Source: Thermoproteota archaeon (GTDB lineage Archaea; Asgardarchaeota; Jordiarchaeia; Jordiarchaeales; Freyrarchaeaceae). Taken from it: a DNA stretch of 64,000 nucleotides. The stretch is taken from positions 40-64,039 of the forward strand of contig JAPDJY010000031.1 of assembly GCA_029258835.1 (NCBI GenBank), read 5' to 3'. Shown piece by piece: positions 27,288 through 35,494 of this stretch. A model generated the notes under the pieces. The model did not search any database, was not told the DNA's origin, and saw only the letters and a list, made by a program, of their open reading frames with translations. The translations under genes were made by a program, and so were the position numbers. Positions within the stretch are counted from its first letter, which is position 1. Each line of letters starts with the position of its first letter.

Positions 27288-28592
27288 ATGGAGGTTGCCG
27301 AGAAGGCTATTAGGGTTCTATCAAGTGCGAAGTATGTTGATGCTAGGGTTTTAAAGCAGCGAAGTGTTCAATTCAGTTTGAGGGGGGACTCGGCTGAACA
27401 TTCCGAGTTTAGGGTGGAGAGAGTTATTTGCAGGTGTATTGCTAATGGCTATGGGGTTGCCAGCGCTGAGCTTACCGAAGACTTAAGAGGAGAGGAGGTT
27501 GGGGAAAGAGCGTTAAGGCAGGCTATGGCTGCTGAGGGAGAATACCACCTTGCAGAGGTGAACGTTGAACAGGGAGAGAAGGAGTGGAGGGTTAAGGAGG
27601 AGGTTAGCGTAGAGGCCGCTGAGGAGATCATGCTCGGGTTGAGAGGAGAGGTTTACGATCACTTGAAAGGGAAGCCCTTTAGGCTAGAGGTTATTGTTAC
27701 TCACACGTTAACTGAAGAGGTTTTCATTAACTCTGATGGGGCGAACGTTAGGGAGGTTACTCCATTAACAGACCTAGTTGCTTACCTGGTAGTGAGGGAT
27801 TTTGGGGAGGGATTTTCAAGTCTTTGCATTGGAGGGATGGGAGGCGTCGAAGCCGTTAAAGACTGGGAGGTAGGCGTGGAAGACATGGTAGCTAAAGCCG
27901 TGGATGGAGCAAGGGCGAAGCATCCTCCCCCAGCAGCTAAGTGGCGAAGGCAGACGATAATTTTAGATTGCGATGCTTCAGGTGTCATTGCACACGAGGT
28001 GGCTCATATGCTAGAAGGCGACATTTACAGGGGGGAAAGAGTGAAAGGGGCTAAGTTGATCGACGAGTTCAAGATCTTCGACGATCCACTTGTTAATGGG
28101 GGTTATGGCTCCTTTCAATGGGATGATGAGGGAGTGAGAGGAAGGAAGAAGCTTTTGCTGGCGCGGGGTCATGTAGGTCTCCTCCATACGAGGCTTTCCG
28201 CTGTGAGCGGGAATGAGGCCGGAAATGCTCATGGAGTTTACCATAAGCCAAGGCCCATGATGAGCAACGTCTACATTGCCCCTTCAGACTGGCGTATTGA
28301 AGAAATACTTGAAGAGACAAAGGATGGGTTCTACTTTAGGGGAGTGGTAAGAGGCGAGATAGTTCCCTTCGAGGGGGTATTCCACCTCATGCCCGAAGTG
28401 GCGTACGTTATTAAAGGCGGAGAAGTTGTAAAGCCGGTTAAAAACTTGAGGGTAAGAGACTCTATGTTTAACGTTCTCTCTGGGGTGGACGCTGTTGGGA
28501 GAGATTTTAAATTGAGGCCAAACATAGACAAGGGGTTTAGCATAAGTGAGGGAGGACCTCACATAAGGGTTAGAAAGTGTCGCATTGAATAG
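27288..28592 (+). CDS. TldD/PmbA-family metallopeptidase
   Basis: 'GVIAHEVAHMLEGD' metal motif. The Gly-rich C-terminal beta region is typical of TldD/PmbA. ATG 27288 follows 'ggtgagg'; the ORF is open from 27231. Confidence 0.7.
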   Translation: MEVAEKAIRVLSSAKYVDARVLKQRSVQFSLRGDSAEHSEFRVERVICRCIANGYGVASAELTEDLRGEEVGERALRQAMAAEGEYHLAEVNVEQGEKEWRVKEEVSVEAAEEIMLGLRGEVYDHLKGKPFRLEVIVTHTLTEEVFINSDGANVREVTPLTDLVAYLVVRDFGEGFSSLCIGGMGGVEAVKDWEVGVEDMVAKAVDGARAKHPPPAAKWRRQTIILDCDASGVIAHEVAHMLEGDIYRGERVKGAKLIDEFKIFDDPLVNGGYGSFQWDDEGVRGRKKLLLARGHVGLLHTRLSAVSGNEAGNAHGVYHKPRPMMSNVYIAPSDWRIEEILEETKDGFYFRGVVRGEIVPFEGVFHLMPEVAYVIKGGEVVKPVKNLRVRDSMFNVLSGVDAVGRDFKLRPNIDKGFSISEGGPHIRVRKCRIE

Positions 28593-28774
28593 AGGGGGCG
28601 TGAATGGCGGAGGCGGCCAGTTTCATTCTCTCCATAAATAAGGAAATAAGAAAGAATGTTGTTCATCAAGTTGTGTAGGACGTTAAAACCGAGAGTAAAG
28701 GATGCTATTTAGGTGAATTAGGGAGGCTTGTAGGATCTCATTGAGTTTGAAGTGGTTATTGTTGGAGTTTAATG

Positions 28775-29035
28775 TCATGTTTGGAAGTGGAGTGTTGTTG
28801 TTTCTGAGAGAAGTTTTTCTTCATCTATCTTTACGCCTATTTTCGGTAATAGTTCATCTAAGGTTTCTCGCTTGCCTTTTAGAGGCGCTAAAATGAGGCG
28901 TTTACCGGGTGCGGGTATTACTAGTATTTCATCTCCTGGTTTGACTCCTAAGTGTTCTAAATGTTTTCGTTTGAGAAATGTGTGTCCTTTTTCATCGTAA
29001 ACTTTTATAACATCCACGGTCAAAGTTATCACCAA
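28775..29035 (-). CDS. AbrB/SpoVT-family small DNA-binding protein (antitoxin-like)
   Basis: 'LKRKHLEHLGVKPGDEILVIPAPGKRLILAP' fits the SpoVT-AbrB swapped-hairpin pattern. Confidence 0.6.
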   Translation of the reverse strand: MVITLTVDVIKVYDEKGHTFLKRKHLEHLGVKPGDEILVIPAPGKRLILAPLKGKRETLDELLPKIGVKIDEEKLLSETTTLHFQT

Positions 29036-29068
29036 TTAACATAATGTTTAAACTTAATTTTAAGGGTT

Positions 29069-29569
29069 GTGGTGGCTGTGAAGATCCTTATCGAGACAAC
29101 AGTCCTTTGGGGGCTTCTCTTCTCCGATTCGATCTACCATGACGCGGCGTTAAGGGTTGTGGAGGACGTGGATGTCGTCGTTCCCGCCGCGTGCTTTCAA
29201 GAGATAGTTTACCCTGCTTATAGGCTCTTTTCAGATGGAGGAAAGAAGCCTGAAGTGGGGATAAGTAAAGTTTTAAAGCTGGGTGAGGCGATGCTGCTTC
29301 TCTCATCTTCCCCTCAACTATTTGGTATGAGAAGGCTTGAAGTGGTTGAAACTACTCCTGAAAGAGTTGCCGGCGCACTAGCTATTGCTTCGAAACATGC
29401 AAAGATTTTCCTTAAGAGAGATGAAAAGACGGGAACAGCTTGGTTGAGGATGGTGGATGCTATAACTGCTTATACGTGGATGGAGTTAAAGTTGCCACTC
29501 CACGCACACGACCAAGCGATGAAAAAATTCGGGAAAATATACGGTTTAGAATACGTTGAATTCCCTTAA
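29069..29569 (+). CDS. PIN-like domain protein, divergent, acidic residues partly substituted
   Basis: 'ILIETTVLWGLL' sits where PIN proteins have 'DT/DS'. Later 'MVDAITAYT' follows. The gene is divergent from the AbrB gene across a 33-nt spacer. Confidence 0.4.
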   Translation: MVAVKILIETTVLWGLLFSDSIYHDAALRVVEDVDVVVPAACFQEIVYPAYRLFSDGGKKPEVGISKVLKLGEAMLLLSSSPQLFGMRRLEVVETTPERVAGALAIASKHAKIFLKRDEKTGTAWLRMVDAITAYTWMELKLPLHAHDQAMKKFGKIYGLEYVEFP

Positions 29570-29690
29570 ATGCCAGATGGCTTTGGAGGGTGAAAGCTGC
29601 TTAAATGACGATGAGAGTTGGTTTAAATTTCAATTTCGCTCATAATCATAATTTTAACCTTAAGTGGCAGGTGGAGCTTTTATTCTTCTC

Positions 29691-32600
29691 TTAATCTATT
29701 TGTGATGTGTCCACGTCGCTTGGTATGCGTATTTCCTTGGCTTCTCCGAGTAGTATCTCGCTTCTTACTTCATGGTATAGCTCGTCTAGTGCTTCCTGAT
29801 AATCAAGCAGTCCTTGTTCTATTAGGCTCATTTTCTCCTCAAGCTGTCTTGTCCGCTCCTCTGAGATGAACTTTCCGTAGTGCTTGCTGAGGTACTCGTA
29901 GACCTTTATTCCCTTCTCTGTTGGCACTATGCGCCCCTTCTCCTCTTTGACGTACCCTCTAAGGAAAAGCTTTTGAACTATTGTAGCATAAGTTGACGGC
30001 CTCCCTATGCCTTTCTCCTTCATCATCCTGATCACGTCTGACTGCGTAAAGAGAGGGGCACTTGACACGGTTAGTACCTTAGCTTTAACTTTATGGGTTC
30101 CCTCAGGGAGAGAGCCTTTTAAGGGTGGTAGCATATACTTGTATAGTTGGTATGCTCTGCCTTCCGCCTTCACAACTCTTACCTCCCGTGCTTCAACACC
30201 GTCAGCTCTGATCCTGTACGTTTCCTTCAGGAGTTCTACTGGCGGGCACTGGGACGCCATAAACCGCCTGAACACTAAGTCATATAGGGCGATGTGGTCT
30301 CGGCTCAAACCCGTCGAAAGAGAGATGACTCCCTCATTAATTAGCCGTGTTAGATTTAAACGGTCTAGGGGTCTCGTCGGCCTTATTGCCTCGTGGGCGC
30401 CTTCAGCCTCCCACGTCCTCGGTGTAAAGTCGTCCTTAAGGTACTCCTTGGCGATTGTTAGTCCTCGCTCACTCACCCTAGTACTATCTGTTCTATGATA
30501 GGTTATAAGTCCATTTTCGAAGAGATCTTGGGCTAGCTGCATTGTTTTCTCAGCTGGTAGTTTGAGTATTAAGTTGGCATCCCTGAGAAGGGTATCAGTG
30601 GTGTAAGGCGGAGGGGGAGCTTGCCTCTCTCGTTTCCTTTCAACTAGGGAGATGTCGAGGGTTAACTCTTTACTTGACAAGCCTTCGATCCAGAGGGAAA
30701 ACTTCTCTATGAAGGCGACCTTTTTCTTCCTTTTACTTTCCTTCGCCCTTCTTATTATCCATCCTAGAACTGGCGATTGAGCCCTGCCAGCCGAAAGCGT
30801 GTTATCCTTAAAGTGATCCCATAGTTTTCTGCTGAGAGAGAAGCCATCCCACCTGTCCTCCACTCTTCTGAATATCTGGGCTTCTACTAGCTTCTCATCC
30901 ACGTCTCGAAGCTGACTCAACGCTTGAACCAGCGCCCTCTTAGTGACCTCATGGAACTCAGCCCTTTTAAACTCCTTTGCACAGGGCTTTAAGAGAACCT
31001 TTAAGTCCCACGCTATTTTTTCGCCTTCAGTATCAGGATCTGTTCCTATTATGACGAGCTCAACGTCTTTAGCAAGCCTTCTTAAGATCTCAATCCTAGC
31101 CTTGGAGTCAATGGGACTCCCCTTACACTTAGGACAGTTACGTTCCTCCACGTATTGATGGCCGCAATTTTTACATCTTTTGATAGACGTGTATACTGGA
31201 AGGTATTTTACGTCCCCCTCTTCTCCGTTTACAAGCACCCCGAAGAACCCTCTATCCTTAACGAGGTCCGTCACGTGTCCAAGCGACGCTGTAACGGTCA
31301 TAATGTAATTTCCCGTCGCCACTTCGTAAGCGATTAATGCTACCTCCTCGTTTTCGTCCTTGAAGACCTTTGTGCTTGGCTGACCGAAGAATCGGGATAT
31401 TTGACGCGCCTTAGTTGGGCTTTCAACTATGAAGAGTGCGGGTTTAACTAGTTCTTCTCCGCTTACTGGCACCTCCTTCCTCGACTGGTCAATTTCCTTC
31501 TTTAACATGCTGAAATCTACTTCGTTTAGATCCTTAAACTCTACGTCATAGTAGCTTGCCCTCTTAGAGAACACCTCGGCAAGTTCTCTGTCTTCTAGGA
31601 GGAGTGAAGCACCCTTAGTTATTCCTCCTATGTGGAGCCTGGAAGCCCTGCCTGACCCCTGGATGTACGTTCTTACGTCAGGAAGGAAAACTACTCCATG
31701 TTTAATTGCTGCATCCTCAACGCTGAGTTTAAGAGATGGTAAATGTTCTTTCAGAATTAAACGGATCTTTGCAGCGTTCCTTTCCACATTAGCTACGTAC
31801 GGCTTTAACCTTTCATCGTCTTTGAAAAGGTACGCTAACACCTTTAAGAGTTTCACTGATACGGAGCCAACGTCTTCTATTTTCACCTGGAAAAATGGGG
31901 CTCCATAGAAAACGACATATCTGACTCTTTCTGGGAGGTTTAAACCTCTAACCAGTACCCCATAATAATACGCTGTGCCAACTAATACATCTAACTCGCC
32001 GCGGACAAATGCTTCGAAATCCTTCTTACTTTTAGCTCCAACAAATCCTGCTTTAATATCTTTACTCCTCAGAAAGTCTACAAGGCTACTTGCTTCGTCA
32101 GATGTTGAACAGTAAATTAGCCCTCCTTCACCCATTAACCTTACGGCTTTTAGAAGGTTATCCGGTGTTTTCTCTCCGAAGTATATGTCTTCAATATTCC
32201 TGATTTCGAAGCGGGAGCTTCCAATGTCGAAGTCAAGCAACTCCCTAAATAATTTCGCTTTAGCACCTTTCTTAGCGGTAGCTGTAGAAACCATGAGAAC
32301 TCCTTCAAATCCTCTTCTCCTCTCCCATTTTCCATTATCTTTTTCGAAGCCTAGAAGAACGAGAAGCCTTTCAACGTTTCTAGAAGCCTTAAGGACGGAG
32401 TCGACGTCATCCACAAAGATGAAGTTGAAGGTTTTCTCCTTGATCTCCTCGAAATGGGATGAAAGAAACTGGGACGTAGTAACCAGTAATTGAACATCCT
32501 CCTTTAGAAGGGAGCTGAAGAATGCTTCACGCTCCTCCCTTCTCAGCCCAGAATGGTACCATTTAAGGTTAACTTGAATTCCAGTTCGACCCATGAAAAG

Positions 32601-32963
32601 CTTGAGCATGTCAACTAGCTGCTTAACTAGCAGTGTTGTTGGAACGATCAAGTATGAAGTAAAACCCCTCTTAGCTAAGAAGAGGGCCATAACTGCACCA
32701 AAGGACGTCTTACCTGTTCCGGTAGGGGCAACAGCGGCGAAGCTTTCATTTCTTAAAATCCGTCTAGCCCAGAGTCTCTGAAGGGCGCGGGGAGGAGCTC
32801 CCACCGCATCCTCAAAAAACGTCAGGAACTCCTTGAAGTAGTCGTCTATATCGAAGAGGCAGAGGGGCTTACCAGTAGCCTTGCAAACCGACGCTTCAAC
32901 TTCACTCAGGGTTAAGTCTCCTCCACAGGAAGGGCAGAGGCGGGCAAAACTACCAGCAGCCAC
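29691..32963 (-). CDS. rgy: Reverse gyrase
   Basis: N-terminal Zn finger 'CPSCGG' and SF2 motifs 'APTGTGKT' and 'FVDDVD'. Second Zn finger 'CKNCGHQYVEERNCPKCKG'. Toprim 'ESPTKARQI' and 'GTDPDTEGE'. Topo IA active-site 'ITYHRTDS'. Confidence 0.95.
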   Translation of the reverse strand: MAAGSFARLCPSCGGDLTLSEVEASVCKATGKPLCLFDIDDYFKEFLTFFEDAVGAPPRALQRLWARRILRNESFAAVAPTGTGKTSFGAVMALFLAKRGFTSYLIVPTTLLVKQLVDMLKLFMGRTGIQVNLKWYHSGLRREEREAFFSSLLKEDVQLLVTTSQFLSSHFEEIKEKTFNFIFVDDVDSVLKASRNVERLLVLLGFEKDNGKWERRRGFEGVLMVSTATAKKGAKAKLFRELLDFDIGSSRFEIRNIEDIYFGEKTPDNLLKAVRLMGEGGLIYCSTSDEASSLVDFLRSKDIKAGFVGAKSKKDFEAFVRGELDVLVGTAYYYGVLVRGLNLPERVRYVVFYGAPFFQVKIEDVGSVSVKLLKVLAYLFKDDERLKPYVANVERNAAKIRLILKEHLPSLKLSVEDAAIKHGVVFLPDVRTYIQGSGRASRLHIGGITKGASLLLEDRELAEVFSKRASYYDVEFKDLNEVDFSMLKKEIDQSRKEVPVSGEELVKPALFIVESPTKARQISRFFGQPSTKVFKDENEEVALIAYEVATGNYIMTVTASLGHVTDLVKDRGFFGVLVNGEEGDVKYLPVYTSIKRCKNCGHQYVEERNCPKCKGSPIDSKARIEILRRLAKDVELVIIGTDPDTEGEKIAWDLKVLLKPCAKEFKRAEFHEVTKRALVQALSQLRDVDEKLVEAQIFRRVEDRWDGFSLSRKLWDHFKDNTLSAGRAQSPVLGWIIRRAKESKRKKKVAFIEKFSLWIEGLSSKELTLDISLVERKRERQAPPPPYTTDTLLRDANLILKLPAEKTMQLAQDLFENGLITYHRTDSTRVSERGLTIAKEYLKDDFTPRTWEAEGAHEAIRPTRPLDRLNLTRLINEGVISLSTGLSRDHIALYDLVFRRFMASQCPPVELLKETYRIRADGVEAREVRVVKAEGRAYQLYKYMLPPLKGSLPEGTHKVKAKVLTVSSAPLFTQSDVIRMMKEKGIGRPSTYATIVQKLFLRGYVKEEKGRIVPTEKGIKVYEYLSKHYGKFISEERTRQLEEKMSLIEQGLLDYQEALDELYHEVRSEILLGEAKEIRIPSDVDTSQID

Positions 32964-33224
32964 AGGATCCCCCCGTTAAGTTTCACAAACACTTCAGCCG
33001 CCATGCACTTTATGCCTCATTTAGCTGCATTCGCAAAGCAACTTCTAAGTAAGAGAAGGAAGTATTTTTTTAAAAAGGTATGGGGTTTTCCCACCTTCTA
33101 GCTCTAAGATAGGTTTTATACGTGTTAACCTTAAAAACCCTCTTAAAACATTAGAAGGTAGCTTTAAGTAGGATAAGCTCCATAGGTAAATGCTTAAGAG
33201 AGAACTTAAGGAAGGTGTCTATAA

Positions 33225-34337
33225 GTGCCGGGTAGCGTTATGGTCTTAGGTGGTTGCGGCGAGATCGGCCGCTCGGTTGTAAGGGATCTCCTAGAAACGA
33301 GTAGGTTCTCGAAGGTTATAGTTGCCGACTACAGGGAGGAGTACGGCTTACGCTTTGTTGAAGGGTTGGGAAGCAGGAAGGCTGTTTTCAGGAAAGTTAA
33401 TGTTAAGGATAAGGAGGGGCTTGTCGAGAGCTTGAAGGGGGTTGACGTGGTTGTTAACACTGTTGGCCCATTTTTCGAGTTTGGGACAGCTGCCGCCCAA
33501 GCGGCATTAGAGGCTGGAGTTAACTATGTTGACATATGCGACGACCACGACGTAACAGAAAGCCTTCTTAACCTTAATAGGCTCGCAGAGAGGGAGGGGT
33601 TGACGTTCATTATAAATGCAGGGGCGTCTCCGGGCTTAACAAACATTATGGCGAAGATGGCTGCTGAAAGGCTTGACGAGGTTAAAGCAGTCAACGTTTT
33701 CTGGTATGAGGATACTGGTGAGACCATAGGCTATGGTCAGCTAGCTCACTGGGCTCACATAGCTATGGGGAAAGTGCCAAGCTACATTGGAGGAGAGTGG
33801 ACTCTGGTGAGGGCTCTCACAGAGAGGGAGGAAGTAGAGTTCCCCGAGCCGTGTGGCCTCGTCCCGGTATATCACGTTGGACACCCTGAGCCAGTCACTA
33901 TTCCGCGCTACATAGAGACGAGTGAGGCGACCTGTAAAGGAGGCATTCTTCCAGAGTCGAACATAACGTTAACTAAGGCCGTGGACAAGCTACTCTTCAT
34001 TAAAACAAGCTGGTCGGTTAGGTGGACATGTAAGTTCTTCTTAAAGCTTCTTCCCTTGCTCTCAGGAAGCACGGAGGAGAGAGAAGTCGTTTCAGCTTTT
34101 AGGTCGGACGTAAAAGGGAAGAAGAGAGGAAGAGAGACCTCATTCTCCTACGCCGTCGTTGGAAAGGTTGCGAGGCTCACGTCGGCTCCAGCCTCCATAA
34201 CAGCGCAGATGATCGGTGAAAGACAGGTTGAAAGCCGAGGTGTCTTCCCGCCTGAAGGATGCCCAGACCTAAACATTGAGACATTCATGAAGGAACTGAA
34301 GAGAAGAAACGTTGAGATAGTGGAAATGAAGAAATGA
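33225..34337 (+). CDS. Saccharopine dehydrogenase-family NAD(P)-binding protein
   Basis: 'VMVLGGCGEIGRSV' Rossmann motif and 'NAGASPGLTN'. GTG 33225 follows 'aaggaaggtg'. Confidence 0.75.
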   Translation: MPGSVMVLGGCGEIGRSVVRDLLETSRFSKVIVADYREEYGLRFVEGLGSRKAVFRKVNVKDKEGLVESLKGVDVVVNTVGPFFEFGTAAAQAALEAGVNYVDICDDHDVTESLLNLNRLAEREGLTFIINAGASPGLTNIMAKMAAERLDEVKAVNVFWYEDTGETIGYGQLAHWAHIAMGKVPSYIGGEWTLVRALTEREEVEFPEPCGLVPVYHVGHPEPVTIPRYIETSEATCKGGILPESNITLTKAVDKLLFIKTSWSVRWTCKFFLKLLPLLSGSTEEREVVSAFRSDVKGKKRGRETSFSYAVVGKVARLTSAPASITAQMIGERQVESRGVFPPEGCPDLNIETFMKELKRRNVEIVEMKK

Positions 34338-34697
34338 AGAGGGAAGGGTGGAGGAGCCTAGCAACCCCCGCCACCCTCCTTAACCACCTTTTTTCTAGTT
34401 TTATTAAATACATCTGAGGGGTGCCGGTTATTAATGTTGAGGGCGGGTAGGGGTTGGGTGTGAAATGGAGTGGTGTAACTTAAGGAAACGTAGGTTTCAT
34501 TTTTTAAAGCGTGACGTTATCCCTTGAAAAGCGTTCTTAACCTAATGACTATGAGGCACTGTTTGGCGTTTTAACTTTAGCTCTTGTTTTTCAGTTAGGG
34601 TTTCTGCGTTTTCAGAGGGGGGCGCAACTCTTTTTAAGTGTATGTGTGCATATGCAGGTACATATGACAAAGACGATATCTCTCTGAGGCGTATAAT

Positions 34698-34895
34698 TTG
34701 CTTAAAAGCGTGAAGAGAAAGAACGAGAGTTTTTCGGATGCGATTAAAAGGCTTATCGGAAGTAAGGGAAGGCTGGCTGAGGTGCTTGACTTATGTCCTG
34801 AGGTTGCAGAGGAGGAAGAGTTTGAAAGAGCCGTTAAGACGGTGAGGGAAAGACTCGACGAGGAAGTTGAAAGGGTTGTAGATGAAGTGCCTTGA
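34698..34895 (+). CDS. vapB: VapB-type antitoxin (DUF217-like); the N-terminus appears frameshifted (see findings)
   Basis: 'ESFSDAIKRLIGSKG' plus an acidic C-terminus. It overlaps the PIN gene by 14 nt. 'MTKTIS' is encoded from ATG 34664 in another frame. Confidence 0.55.
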   Translation: MLKSVKRKNESFSDAIKRLIGSKGRLAEVLDLCPEVAEEEEFERAVKTVRERLDEEVERVVDEVP

Positions 34896-35253
34896 CGCAA
34901 CCTACTTCATAGACCTTGTCAGGAGGCCGGGTGCCATCAGGAAGCTAACAGAAAAACTAGATGCTGAGGGAGTTCACGCAACAACAACTATTAACGTGTT
35001 TGAAGCCTTATTTGGAGCGTTCAAGGTTCACGGGGAGAAAGGGGAGAAGATGAAGAGGAAGCTTACTGAAGCGTTTAGCCGGCTTGAAATTCCGGAGTTC
35101 AGCTACAGGGACGCCGTGCTTGCAGCCGAAATAGGAGGTAAACTTAGAAAGAAGAATAAAAATGTTGAATTAGATGTTTTAACCGCAGCCATAGCCATTG
35201 ATAATGGATGCGAAGCGGTCGTAACAAGAAAAAAAGGCACTTTAAATGGATAA
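34882..35253 (+). CDS. vapC: PIN-domain toxin VapC
   Basis: 'CLDATYFIDL' (first Asp), 'FEALFG', 'DVLTAAIAIDNGCEAVVT'. 123 aa. Confidence 0.75.
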   Translation: MKCLDATYFIDLVRRPGAIRKLTEKLDAEGVHATTTINVFEALFGAFKVHGEKGEKMKRKLTEAFSRLEIPEFSYRDAVLAAEIGGKLRKKNKNVELDVLTAAIAIDNGCEAVVTRKKGTLNG

Positions 35254-35494
35254 GCGAGGTAACAGGTTTAAAAGTGGAGGCATACGAGATTTAGCGCAGC
35301 TCTAACCGAAGCGTTTAGAGGAACTCTTAGTTTGAGAAGTGAGAGAAAAATCTGTTTGGGTGAGACGGCCACCCAAACCACCGGAAAACTTATTGAAAAA
35401 TCCTCCTTGAAAAAATCCTCCTGCCGCCTTCAACCCTGATGGTTCACGTTCCTGCTTCTAGAGGCAGAAAACGTCTACGGCGTCTCCTGAAAGT

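Noticed and set aside
35354-35378. Perfect 9-bp hairpin GTTTGGGTG-agacggc-CACCCAAAC between convergent vapC and the helicase gene, as an intrinsic terminator.
   Set aside because: Archaeal termination relies on oligo-T tracts rather than hairpins, and no T-run follows on either strand. I noted it as a structure but not as a supported terminator.
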